Assembly (NCBI RefSeq): GCF_009914755.1
Contig: NC_060925.1
DNA: 64,000 nt
Direction: 5' to 3' (one strand)
Source: the human T2T-CHM13v2.0 reference genome, Homo sapiens
A program made the translations under genes and the position numbers. The notes under the pieces were generated by a model. That model worked only from the letters and a program-made list of their open reading frames with translations. It was not told where the DNA came from and did not search any database. Below are positions 10,916 to 27,950 of the stretch, one piece after another. How positions within the stretch are numbered: the first letter of the stretch is position 1; every line of letters starts with the position of its first letter.

Positions 10916-11445
10916 GTGGCCATTGAAAAACACCATGGCAAATCAAGAGGGGGAGACTTTGAAAGAAAGGAAAAAGCTTTATATTTTAGGTACTTTAAGA
11001 AAGATCTATTTTTATTCCTTTTTTGAGCAATAAGACCTACATTTTCATTTTTGACAGAGTGCCACAAATTGTATAGCTGGCCCTGGTTGTTACTCCAAGC
11101 TGGTAGAGGCAAATCCAATTGCTTACATGTTTTCCATTGTGTTATCCAAGTACATATAGTATTTGGCACTACCTTTGTGGACATAGTTATGTGTATCATA
11201 CTGGAGCATTCTCTGTTGGGGGTTACACATTTTCTCTTCAGAATCTAGAACATTATCTTTAAAATTTTAATTTTACAGTCTGAACTAAAATGCCTACATT
11301 TCACACTACTGACAAATTTGGCTTCTAACACTTGTATACAGGATTACTCATAGCAACTCTTAGGAGGTAGAGCTAATGTGATTCTGCATACAGTATTTTC
11401 AGTATGTAACATGAAATTATTGAACAATACATAATCATTTATTAA

Positions 11446-11768
<323 letters not shown>

Positions 11769-12556
11769 GACTTTCTTAATAACGTTTCTTTAGCACTAGT
11801 TGCAGACTTCTATAGTAGTGCTATGCCCTTCAAATGGGTTGTTTTGCCGATGTTCTTGGGATATGTAAGTGTAACCAGTATGGCCCCCTGCACTAGTGTG
11901 GGGTATAAATATAACAATCCCCCTTTTACATTCCAGTGGATTATTCTAGCTCCATATATTTATGTTAGCAGGAAATCCAGCACCAAGCTTTTATGAACTC
12001 CATCATCCTAAATGGTCCAAGATCCTGAGAAGCTTACTTGGCCTTATTTGCATGGTTGCTCTTGACAAATGCCAGGCCATGTTGCCCACCAACTAGACTT
12101 GGTTTTCAACTGCTGTGGCTTCTATTGCTGTGACACAGTGTTGCACCTAAAGACCGGTTGCCTCTCTGGTTCTGATCGCCACACAGATCTCCAAGGTACA
12201 AGTGATTATGGTTTTTACTCACGAGCTAACATTTATGGGGTGGCTGGGTCTGAAGTTGTCTTAAAGGCCTTCCTCATCACGATCTATATATTCTGTGTGG
12301 AACAAGGATCACTAGTACAGGTTCTTACTTTCCTTGTTTTCTTGGGTTTTTAAGGTCCTTTCCTACAAGAGAACTTTGACTGACATTATCCTAAAACCTC
12401 AGAGTTCCTAATAATTTTAATCATCTAAAGAGAAAGGGTCATGGGCTTTATCTTATTCCTCACTGAAGCCTACTTATCTCCATGTAAATTTACTTTCCCT
12501 CTCTCCATTTCCACAGAATCACAAAAAGAATCTGAGATTTGTAGGCCGATAGATGT

Positions 12557-12917
12557 TGTCTTAGTTCATTTATGCTGCTATAACTGCATGCCACAGACTG
12601 GGAATTTAGATGAACTGAAGTTTATTGGCTCACAGTTCTGGAGGCTAAGAAGTACAAGATTGAGGGACTGGCACTTAGAGAGGGACTTCTGCTGCATCAT
12701 AACATGGCCAAAGGTGAGTGACCGAAAGAGAGTCAAAAGGGGGACAAACTCATCTTTTTATAAGGAACCCACTCCCATGATAATGACATGAATCTGTTCA
12801 TGAGGACAGAGCCCTCATGGCCTAACCACCTCTTAACCGTCCTTCTTCCTGATACCATTCCAATGGCAATTAATTTCAGCATGAGTTTGGAAGGTGACAA
12901 ATGTTCAACCCATAACA
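12557..12917 (-). mobile_element. MaLR solo LTR (MSTD/MSTC-like)
   Basis: TGTCTTAGTTCATTTATGCTGCTATAAC...GGCTCACAGTTCTGGAGGCT...CAACCCATAACA; degenerate 5-bp TSD GATGT/TATGT. Confidence 0.85.
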
Positions 12918-13171
12918 TATGTTATTCTACTTCTATTTACATAACCAAGAGTGACCTTTATAGTGTTATGGGAAGAGTCCAAGAACTTTCCTTGCAGAGT
13001 TTTCTGTGTCCCCTTATGGAAAAGCAGTTGGCAGTGCTAACTTAAATAAATAAAATTAGGTTTACCTGTGCCAACTACCTGTACAGATGTGTATGTTGAG
13101 AATGTCTTATTCCATTTTTTTCTCCCTAATCACTAGCAAGGAGGCTAGCATAGTGTCTTCACAAAATATAT

Positions 13172-13563
13172 TGTCTCAGTCCGTTTGTGCTGGTATAATA
13201 AAATACCAGACTGGGTAATTTATTTAAAAAACAGAAATTTATTTCTTACAGTTCTGAAGGCTGGGAGTCTAATATCCTGGCACCAGCAGGTTCAGTGTCT
13301 GGTGAGGACCCAATCTCCAATTCCAAGATAGTACCATGTTTCTGTATCCTCTGGAGGGGATGAATACTGTGTCCTTACATGGAAGAAGGGACAGAAGAGC
13401 AAGAGAGATGAACTCCCTTCATCAGGCCCTTTCATAAGGGCACCTAATTCCATTTATGACATGACTCAATCACCTCCTAAAGGCCATATCTCTTCATATG
13501 TTGCATTGGAGATTAAGTTTTAACATGAATTTTGGAGCAGATGAAAGCATTCAAACCATAGCA
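13172..13563 (-). mobile_element. MaLR solo LTR (MLT1A/MSTC-like)
   Basis: TGTCTCAGTCCGTTTGTGCTG...CATTCAAACCATAGCA with a perfect 5-bp TSD TATAT (13167-13171 and 13564-13568). Confidence 0.85.
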
Positions 13564-14269
13564 TATATGCTTCATGAATTTAGGTGGAATTGAATAGAAA
13601 CAATAATCAACACTAGCATAAATTCTTATCTTACCAATTAGGGTGTTTCATACTTTGTCTACCTCACTGCTTAGCTAAGAGTTACTCTGCTATCCAGAAA
13701 TTTGGAGGTTGGACGCTGGGAATAATCATCCATGAAACTAGCTTGCTTAGTCCCCTGCTATCTCAAGGTGTAAACCAAGACAGAACTATTTTGATAATCT
13801 CTCAAACCAATCCACTTGGCTGATAATATTTGGATCCACCTGGCTTAAGAATGGAGATGACCACAGACCAGGGTGATATCACTGCCCATTCTTGATGCTG
13901 CCCCATTGTCTGAATTTACTCTTGGATGAGTTATGCAAACTGACTTCCCCCAGAAGGATGCACTTTTGTAGCGGATGTTTTTCTGGCTGACAATGGTTCC
14001 AACATATGGCACCTCCTAGGAGACACCAGAAGATTGAAACGCTCTGATCTCCATGCTTCAACTGCATTCCTTCAAATAGCTTGGTTATAAAACCCACAAC
14101 AAATAAAACTTCCTTTAACACTATCAGAGTGTTAGGAAGAGCTAGACTGTGGTGTATATTTAGACCACTTTGTACCTGAATTTAAATTTTAACATTCTCT
14201 TCGTAGGCAACCAGTTTCACTGTGTGCACTATACAGAAGGATAATGCAAATGAATGTGGTCCCAGTAGC

Positions 14270-14790
14270 TTGTTTTTATTATGTAGCATTTCAAACATTC
14301 AGAAGAATAAATAACACAACGAACTCCTATGTACACATCACCCAGATTTAACTCAGTGATGACACTGCTGCGTTTGCAGTCTTTCTTTTTCTCCCTCCCT
14401 CCCTTATTTTCTCATAAATAAATAGACACAACTGAAAGTCTTTTGTTTCCCCTCCCCATTGCTTTGGCCTCCCTTCCAAGGAGTAACTCTTGCTCTAGGC
14501 TTGCTGTATTTCCTTCCCATTTCTACTGGGGGATGCATAGGTTGTTTCCAGATTTCCCTTAATGGAAACAGTGCTGTAATTCATATTCTTGTCTCTCTGT
14601 TCACATGCGCTCGAATTTCCTTAGGGTTTTATATGTAGAACTGGAATACCAGGCCCTAAGTTATGCATATCTTCAACATTGCCAAATCACTCTCCATAGC
14701 AGTTGAACCATTCACCATGCCACTAGCAGCATGTGAGAGTTCTTGTTTCTTCACCTCCTAGCCCAAAACTGGCAAAGGATAAATGTTTTC
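14270..14790 (-). mobile_element. Old L1 (L1ME-like) 3' fragment
   Basis: TTTTATTATGTAGCATTTCAAACAT..., GGTTGTTTCCAGATT, ATTGCCAAATCACTCTCCA, CACTAGCAGCATGTGAGAGTT. Confidence 0.6.
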
Positions 14791-14891
14791 ATTTTTACTG
14801 CTATATATTTAATTACCCTAGCTTTACAGTCAGTCTTGATATTCAGAGAGAAAAGGCTACCCTCTATTTTTCTTCCTTTTTTATGCTAAGC

Positions 14892-15450
14892 CAGAAGTTC
14901 TTAAACTTTTGGTCTCAGGAACCCCTTACATTTTTAGAAATTACTGAAAATTCCAAAGAGTTTTTTAAATGTGGATTATATCCATCAATATTTGCTCTAT
15001 TAGAAATTAAAAATTAAGATATTTAATGCTTATTTATGAATTCATTTAAAAGTAATATTAGCAAACCCATTACATGTTAATATAACATTTTCAAAATAAA
15101 GGTAATAAATTTTCCAAAGCAAACATTTAGAAGAATGGCATTGTTTTACAGTTTTGCCATTTTAAAAAATGCCTGGCTTAATAGAAGATAGCTAGATTAT
15201 CATATCTGTTTAATTGAAGATAGCTAGAGCCTCCTACCTGCTTCTTCATTCAATCTATCATGATATCACATATTATGTAACCTCTGGAAAACTCCACAGT
15301 ACACTAATGAGAGAATGAGAGTGAATATGGCAAATAACGTTTCAGCATTATTATGAAAATGGTTTTGACCTCATGGACCCCGTCCTGACCCTTCCCAAAA
15401 GGTTCTTGGGAACCCCAAAGAATTTCTAATCACACTTTGAAAAGTGCATT
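14892..15450. mobile_element. hAT-Charlie non-autonomous DNA transposon (Charlie1b-like)
   Basis: Begins CAGAAGTTCTTAAACTTTTGGTCTCAGGAACCCCTTACA, contains GCAAATAACGTTTCAGCATTATTATGAAAATGGTTTTGACCTCATGGACCCC, ends CACACTTTGAAAAGTGCA. Confidence 0.75.
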
Positions 15451-15737
15451 TCTAGACTCTTTTTGGCCCTTTTTCTTCCATGTGAATTATAGGGTCACTT
15501 TATGAAGATCAAGGAAATAGATTTCTTAACATATTGGAGTAATTTGTCCTTTAGGGGTTGGTAAAACTTGCCTATAAACATGTCTGGGCCTTGTGTTTCT
15601 TTGTGGTAGAACTTGGTGCTCACATTGTTTGGGGACCTGATTTTATTAATATATGATTAAAAATATCAATTGGACTGCTGTTGTTTCCTAAAGTTTTAAA
15701 ATTTAGTGTACTTTATATACTTTTATAAAACATGTAA

Positions 15738-16065
<328 letters not shown>

Positions 16066-16199
16066 TAAAGATTTTTAAAAATATGATTTTGAAAAGTAAA
16101 AAAGGAGTCAAAGATTGTCTATTACTTTCACTGACTCCAATGAACACATTTCTGTATTTATTTTACTGACCTCTCAGTTGCATTCAACATACTTACCTA

Positions 16200-18060
16200 C
16201 TTACTATATCTTCTGCCACTTTCCATTCTTGCATTTCTTGACATCACACTCTTCTAATTTTTCCACTACCTTTCTAGACTCTCACTCTACATCCAAATAC
16301 TGGATTCTAGCTCTTACTCCTGCTTTTTTAAATCTCTCTCTAAACTGTCTCAGTTATCTCATCTCTCCTATTGCTTTAAAAACAACCTAGATGCTGATAA
16401 CTTCCCTATTTTAATTTTCAATGCAAATCTCTCTTCCGAGTTGTAGACTCATATTTCTACCTGAAATATCAATTTATGTTTCACAGATGTCTCAAACTTA
16501 ATGAGTACAAAATGTGACTTTTGATTCCCACTCCCCAAAATAGTTCCTCTACTAGCTATGGGTACTGAGCATTCTCCATTTGCACCCTCTATTCTCTCTG
16601 TACCTTTCTCCACCCTGCTTTGAGCCCAGGATGCTGCTACCTGTATAGGCTGCATCAGTGGACAACTTTGGATTTCGGCTTCTATTTCGGGTTTGTTGGT
16701 GGTGAGGTCGGGCAGGAGATTGGAGGGCAGGAGGAGAGAAAAGTTGGGGTATTGAGTTCCCTGGCTCCCTTCCTGCCAGCCTTGAGTTGGTAGTGGCTGC
16801 ATTTCTACATGAAAGTCACAACTTTCATGGAACTTTTTTTTGTTTTCTTTTTTTTAGCTCTGGCTACAACTACAACTCTCAGTTTCAGGAATTGACTACT
16901 CCACTTGACCTTTCAGACCTAGGAAGGATAATGGCTCCTTGCATTGGTAGTTCTGGAGTCCTTCACCATCCCTTGTTTGTTTCTCTTAACTCTGTCCACT
17001 GCTTTGTAAACAGCGCCTGCCATTAAACTTTCATCAGTGATCTTGTCTGAGTGTACCATCTGTTTCCTGCCAAGATCCTGACTGATGCATCTTCCCAGTT
17101 TTGGAAAGCCACCACCTCTCTGATGACTTAAGCCAGAAAACTGGCATCATTGTCCCTTCTATTCACCTTCCACATCCAATCCATCAACCCATCCTGGTGG
17201 CACTGCTTCCTACCCACACCTTGAAATAAGCCATGGCTAAGTGTTACAGCAGCCTCTTTACTGTTCTTCCCATTTTCAGCTTTGCCCCATTCAATCTATT
17301 CACTGCATGGCAGACAGAGTTATCTTTAAAAATATCTATCGGGCCGTAATTCTTCACTGCTTAAAACACATTAATGGCGTTCTTTTAGTATTTTAGTTCT
17401 TTTAGTTCTTTCTTTTAGTTCTTTTGGATTTTCAGTAAAATCCAAATTCTTGATCATAGGCTTACAAGCCCCCATATGGTCGGATCTCTACTTGCCTCTC
17501 CAAATGCACCTCATACCTCACTCCAACTTGCCCTCTGATGTTCCAGGCACACCGTCCCCGCTGTTGTTCCTTAAACATGGAGAACTCATTTACACCCCAG
17601 GGCCTTTGCTTGAGCTGTTCACCTTGCAGGGAACTCTCGATCTCCTACACAGAGTACTTATTACTCTGCTTTTCACATGCCCTTCTCATCTTTTAGGTTT
17701 CTATTTAAATGTCACCTCTTCAGAGAGGCATTATGAAAATCCTATCAAATCAAGTTTCTCAATCTCACCTTGCCCACACCGCATTATTTTCTATCATTGC
17801 ATTTGTTAATTCTTTTATAGTTTATTACAACATATAATATCAATAATATGTTATAATATATAATATATCAATAGCTTTTTCTATTTGTTTATATTTTTTA
17901 CTTTTTTATTTTGTGTCTTCTTCCCTAGACTATAAACTCTTTGATGATAGAGACTTATGACTGTTTTGTCCACCACTGTATATGCAGCTTTTAGTACAGC
18001 TTCTATTAGGCTGGCATATGCTGATGTTTTGCATTCAATAAATATTCGTTTAATGAATAG
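16200..18060 (+). mobile_element. L2, fragmented and interrupted by an LTR
   Basis: L2 motifs (GATGCTGATAACTTCCC, GATGTCTCAAACTTAATGAGTACAAAA, CCACATCCAATCCATCA, AAATGTCACCTCTTCAGAGAGGC) ending CATTCAATAAATATTCGTTTAATGAAT. Confidence 0.7.
16558..17089 (+). mobile_element. LTR33-like ERVL solo LTR
   Basis: GGCAGGAGATTGGAGGGCAGGAGGAGAG...CCCTGGCTCCCTTCCTG...CCATCTGTTTCCTGCCAAGATCCTGACTGATGCA. Confidence 0.75.
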
Positions 18061-18683
18061 ATACTTAGGCAATTTAAGTAAGAAAAAAAAGTAGTGTTTT
18101 TTAAAAAGGGTTCACAAAAAAATGGCAATGGAAACTGAAGACAGAATTTTCTTTACAACAACAACAACAATAACAACAAAGACTTACTCTCCCTATATAT
18201 GTTTTTCCTCTTTTCCCTTGAGAAAATGAACAACATTTAGATGTTCTTAGCCTGTTAAGGATCCAGAAAAACCACTTAGCGGCAGAGAAAATTTCAATTA
18301 CACAATGGAGATTAAAATTTCAGTACTTGGGAATAATTATAAAGATGTTTTCCATTATATATGTTCAAGAAAGAAAAAAGAAAGGCATTCAAACTCAATG
18401 GAAAAGCATTTCAAATGATAATCAATTTATTATCTTTATTGCAATCACAGGAAAATTATTTCAAAACCTCACATCTTGGGTCTAAGGCCCAAAGACAAAT
18501 CACTTAACGGCATGGTTAAAACTCAAGAATTCAAAAAAGCCTAGATTGAGCAGGAACATTTTAAAGCATCATGCTATTACCAAAACCATTAAATGAAGGG
18601 ATAACATTTGGCTAATCATTGAAACACACAGTGATGTTTTCTCTTCTGAGATGCATTTGTTATTTGTACAACTAACTTACCAC

Positions 18684-18829
18684 TTAGAATTCTGAGTCTT
18701 TAATTGCAATTATTTTTCATGTATCTGTAGTTTATTCCTTGCTTCTATGTGATAATTTAGAATTCTGAGTCTTTAATTGCAATTATTTTTCATGTATCTG
18801 TAGTTTATTCCCTGCTTCTATGTGATAAT
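18684..18829. repeat. 73-bp tandem duplication (2 copies, 1 mismatch)
   Basis: TTAGAATTCTGAGTCTT...CTATGTGATAAT at 18684-18756 and 18757-18829. Confidence 0.95.
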
Positions 18830-18889
18830 TTTGTGGCTCGGAATGCATTTTAAAAGTCTTTTTATTCTCTAAATAATCTTCTAGAGGAC

Positions 18890-19399
18890 TGTAGTGAACA
18901 TCTATTAATTTTATCACCTAGAATCCCTTCACTGTTCTTTAGCTATAACAGTTTACTGTAATTTTCCTCTGGGAAAGCTCCTCAATCACTTCTCTTGAGC
19001 ATTGTGATTTGAAGAGCTTACTCCCACCTCTAGTTTAAAACAGCAAGCATATTTACTCTTCCAGGAAGGGTAATTGGATGGCACATGATTTCACATCAGG
19101 AAATGTTTTAAAACTGTTCTGGGAGGAACATTGTATTTTTCCCACTGGGTCTGAATGATGAAGTATGTTGGAACCCATCTTGGAAGCAATCACAAGAGAG
19201 ATTCTTTCCGAGGAGGAGCCAACACCAAAAAATAAAAACACAGAAACAGTCCTGGTCACGTTGAGTCTTATGTCATACATCTGAAAAGAGTTAATTCTTG
19301 GACTCTTAAATTGCATTAGCAAGTAAACTCATTTTTTAAAAAAAGACCATTTTAGATTTATAGGTCTCTCACTTGCAACCTGAATAATTCCTGTACACA
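18890..19399 (+). mobile_element. MLT1K/L-like MaLR LTR
   Basis: Starts TGTAGTGAACATC, contains GGAGCCAACACC...AGAAACAGTCCTGG, ends TCACTTGCAACCTGAATAATTCCTGTACACA. Confidence 0.6.
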
Positions 19400-19668
19400 G
19401 TAGGCATTTGATTAATGTTGTTGATTAATTTGCACAAGTTTCCTCTTTATTTCCAGCCCTCTTACAAAAATATTGAAAGACCCTCTTGATTTGATTAAAT
19501 GGAAAAACAAATCTGTGTCATGATGAATGTTCTTTAGTTTTTCTGGATCAAACATCTCCGTTTGAAACACCAAAATTTACTGATTAATATACTGCTATTT
19601 CCAGGCCATTCTTGATGTATGGGAAACTTTCCCTCTCATATTTACAAAAACAAATAAGGAATCTTTAA

Positions 19669-21350
<1,682 letters not shown>

Positions 21351-21489
21351 TAAAATTAGAACGCATTTCTTTATTCTGAAGAAAGCATTTCCTTGTTTTT
21401 GTCAACAACAAAGAAATGCATTCTCAGAATAAAAACCTGTAATCAAACAGGTCAATTTAGTTTAATGTTGTACCTAATAAAGGAGTTTA

Positions 21490-21725
<236 letters not shown>

Positions 21726-22319
21726 AGAATTAAGTTATTCAGATGTATAAACAGAAAATGGAAATCACTTATAATCTCATTCCTAGAAATAATAGCTGAT
21801 ATTTCAAAACATATTGTTCTAAATACTTTCTATTCATAGTTTTTTTGTTAAATGTCAAAAAATAGAAATATCCTATTATTCTAATAATCATTTAATAACA
21901 GTGACAATAGTGTGGCAGTCTTTCCATGTCAGCATAAATAAATATCATTTTGAATGAGTGCTCAGTACTCCGTTGCATGGATATACCATAATATTTTTTA
22001 AAAACACATCGCTTGTTGAAGAACATTCACATTGATTCTCTAACATTAGTGTTATAAATGAGGTTAATAAATCATCACATATTTATATAATTTTTTTTAG
22101 AATACTATCCAAGAAGAGTAATAGCTGGCACATTTGAAAATTTAATACATATTGCCAAATTGTCTTCTAAAAAAGTTGCACCTTCCAGCTTTCCATATAA
22201 TTACAAACTCTGTGAATGAACATCCTTGTTTATTTTCATCCATCTATTAGACAATAAATGGTCCGACTTTGCTGGTTTAGTTTTAATTTCTTTGACAATT
22301 AATGAGTGAATCTTTTTTA

Positions 22320-22817
22320 TGAGTGAACTGGAAAAACACCCAAAATCTTAAGGCAATGATTCATTACTCCAGGGGTCAGCCAAGTGGTTCTGACTTGGTC
22401 TGTGTTGCCTGGGCTCACTAGTGAGTCTTCGGCTTGCTGCAGGCAGGCCAGATACTTTTGCTTCCAGAACTGGCTGTGAGCAAGCTGGGGCACCTTGGTT
22501 TTCTTCCACATGGCTCCCAGCATCATCAGAAAAAGTCCAAGCTGGTTTAATGGTAGTGGCATGGTTCCAGGAGAATGAACAGAATGTGCAAAGCCTCTTG
22601 ATACTAGACTTGGAACTGACACAATATCCCATGCGCTTCATTCTGCTTGTCAAAGTAAGTCACAAGGCTAGTTGAGATACAATGGGTGGGGAAAAACACA
22701 CGCACACAAAACAAAAAACTACACCTCTGTTGCCAGGAGCTACAAACTCACACTGCAAAAGGGCATAGATGCAGGGAGAAAATAATTTGAGCTGTGTTTT
22801 CAAACCATTTACCACCA
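22320..22817 (-). mobile_element. MLT1H-like MaLR LTR
   Basis: TTCTTCCACATGGCT, GCAAAGCCTCTTGATACTAGACTTGGAACTGACACA, CATTCTGCTTGTCAAAGTAAGTCACAAGGC. Confidence 0.7.
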
Positions 22818-23424
22818 TATGTTTTCTTTAGATCAGTAAGTAGACCAAAAGTCTCATTAAGCACCCTTTCTTTCTAAAAAAAATTATTTCCACAGGTTAT
22901 TGGACAACAGGTGGTGCTTGGTTACATGAATAAGTTCTACGGTGGTGATTTGTGAGATTTTGGCACACCTATCACCCAAGCAGTATACACTGCACCCAAT
23001 TTGTGATCTTTTATCCCTCACCTCCTTCCAACCCTTTCCCCCTGAGTCTCCAAAATCCATTGTGTCTTTCTTATGCCTTTGCATCCTCATAGCTTAGCCT
23101 ACACACATGAGTGAGGACATATGATGTTTGTTTTTCCATTCTTGAGTTACTTCACTTAGAATAATAGCCTCCAAACTCATCCAGGTCACTGTGAATGCCA
23201 TTAACTCATTCCTTTTTATGGCTGAGTAGTATTCCATCGTGTGTGTGTGTGTATGTGTGTGTGTATGTGTATCTATATATATCTCACAGTTTCTTTATCC
23301 ATTCATTGATTGATGGGATGGGCATTTTAGTTGGTTCCACGGTTTTGCAATTGCAAATTGTGCTGCTATAAACATGCATGCACAAGTATCTTTTTCATAT
23401 AGTGACTTCTTTTCCTCTTGGTAG

Positions 23425-23910
<486 letters not shown>

Positions 23911-24951
23911 TGATTTTTTGGTTATGGCCATTCTTCCAGGAGTAAGGTGGTATCGCATCGTGGTTTTGATTTGCATTTCCCTGATTATTAGTGATGTCGA
24001 GCATTTTTTCATATGTTTGTTGGCCATTTGTATATCCTCTTCTGAGAAATGTCTATTCATGTCCTTAGCCCACTTTTTGATGGGACTGTTTGGTTTTTTC
24101 TTGCTAATTTGTTTGAGTTCATTGTAGATTCTGGGTATTAGTCCTTTGTCAGGTGTATGGATTGTGAAGATTTTCTCCCACTCTGTGGGTTGTCTGTTTA
24201 CTCTGCTGACTGTTCCTTTTGCTGTGCAAATGCTCTTTGGTTTAATTAAGTCTAAACTATTTATCTTTGTTTTTATTGCATTTGCTTAAATGGGTTCTTG
24301 GTCATGAAATCCTTGCCTAAGCCAATGTCTAGAAGAGTTTTTCCTATGTTGTCTCTAGAAGTTTTATAGTTTCAGGTCTTAGATTTAAATTCCTGATCCA
24401 TCTTGAGTTGATTTTTGTATAACCTAAGAGATGTGGATCCAGTTTCATTCTTCCACATGTGACTTGCCATTTTTCCCAGCATCATTTGTTGAATAGGGTG
24501 TCTTTCCCCTACTTTACGTTTTTGTTTACTTTGTTGAAGATCAGTTGGCTGTAAGTATTAGGGTTTATTTCTTGGTTCTCTATTCTGTTCCATTGGTCTA
24601 TGTGCCTATTTTTATGCCAGTATGATACTGTTTTGGTGACTATGGACTTATAGTATACTTTGAAATCAGGTAATGTGATGTCTCCAGATTTGTTCTTTTT
24701 GCTTAATCTTGCTTTGGCTGTGCGGGCTCTTTTTTGGTTCCATATGAATTTTAGGATTTTTTTTTTCTAATTCTGTGAAGAATGATAGTGATATTTGGAG
24801 GGGAATTGCATTGAATTGTAGATTGCTTTTGGCAGTATGGTCCGTTTCACAATATTGATTCTACCTATCCACGAGCATGAGCTTGGGGTGTGTTTCCATT
24901 TGTTTGTGTTGTCTATGATTTCTTTCAGCAGTGTTTTGTAGTTTTCCTTAA

Positions 24952-25092
<141 letters not shown>

Positions 25093-25242
25093 TAGCTAGA
25101 AAACCCTAAAGGCTCCTTCAGAAAGCTCCTGGAACTGATAAAATAATTCTGCAAAGTTTCTGGATACAAAATCAATGTACACAAATCAGTAGCTCTTCTA
25201 TACACCAACAGCGACCAAGCTGAGAATGAAATCAACAACTCA

Positions 25243-25630
<388 letters not shown>

Positions 25631-26579
25631 TCATTAAGCACTTTGGAAACAAATTAATATTTTGGAAAGTATTCAGATTTTTTTCCTCTATGTGAAAGGT
25701 AAATCATGATAAATTTATTTCTTCTTTTGTCTCTTGGGTCAAGAAAAGCACTAATTTAATGTCTTCTATTAGCTGTATCTTTTTTTCTGTCACCCCAGTT
25801 TTCATTTCAGGTTAATTGAAGTGTGGGTTTTCCAAATTGGTTTTTGCTTAGGCTCAGTAAAGTTGATCCATTAGCTCTGAATTTCTTTCTATACATACTT
25901 CGAAAGCTAGAGTTATTGAAAGGAGTAATTTTTTCCATTTAAATGTACTTTGCTTATTATTTCCCAGGTTCTGATAGCAATATACTGCTCAGTGGGAAAA
26001 GATTTCTCCTGTGATTGACTGTTCCTAGCACTGTGTTTAGGAAATTTCTTTCAAATTTTTCTCTTAATATTTTTCTAGTGCTGAGATCCTGTGGTTTGAA
26101 GGACTTTTATTTCAGAGACATAGGCCATGCTTAGTGGAGACTCATTCACAATGGAAACAAAGCTTAGATGCTGATTATCCAAATACCCCATTTTGAATAT
26201 GAGACTTCTTACTGAAAGGACAATTTGGAGAGATATATGGTCAAATGACTAGGCTAAATTTATCTATATTCATTTCCTAAACAATGTAGGTAAATTGCAC
26301 ATTTTAAAATATTCCAGCATCTCAAAACATGGCACCTACCATCAATATTTCTAATAATCATTCACTTGTTCAGCACATATACAGCACTTAACCACATGAA
26401 TGCTTTGTAAAAGTCTAGGGGAACATGAGAAATAAGTCAGACACAGTCCCTGTTGTCCCCGTTTACAATCTACTGTGAGACACAGATAATTAAGAAGGTG
26501 ATTATAATCATGTGGGAAAAGCAGTTCTTACTGTAGATTCAGACAAGAGATTCTAGATTTTCAAGGGATCTACATCTCA

Positions 26580-27582
<1,003 letters not shown>

Positions 27583-27669
27583 GTGCCTCTGACACAAAGT
27601 CACCTATAACCTTGAACACCAGGTGTTAGGATGAATGGAGTCCATGGTAAGTGCCATGACAAAAAGCCA

Positions 27670-27800
27670 TCAGCCAGTAGTGTTGACATTACCTGGAGTC
27701 TTGCTAAAAATGCAGATTCTCAGACCTGTTGAATCAGAATCTTCATTTACAGTTGAGTCCCGGGATGATCCATCCACAGGTGAAAGTTTTGAAGCACAGC
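27670..27800. mobile_element. MER5-like hAT MITE fragment
   Basis: CATTACCTGGAGTCTTGCTAAAAATGCAGATTCTCAGACCTGTTGAATCAGAATC...AAAGTTTTGAAGCAC. Confidence 0.65.
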
Positions 27801-27950
27801 TCTGGGGAAGTCAGGAAAGCATCACTAGAAGAAATGATCCCCTAGTTAACTAATTCTCTTTCTCTGGTAATGCTCTGATTTGAATGTTCACACATTCATT
27901 CATTTATAAAAACTAATTGTTTTTCCAAGAAAGTTGTATTAGTATCTACA

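Noticed and set aside
11780-12400. Non-repeat segment with an octamer ATTTGCAT and two ~95-100 aa ORFs
   Set aside because: No recognisable protein or repeat homology; a single motif is expected by chance.
15178-15230. Short internal duplication (TAATAGAAGATAGCTAGA / TAATTGAAGATAGCTAGA) in the Charlie element
   Set aside because: An old, diverged slippage event in a dead transposon with no functional implication.
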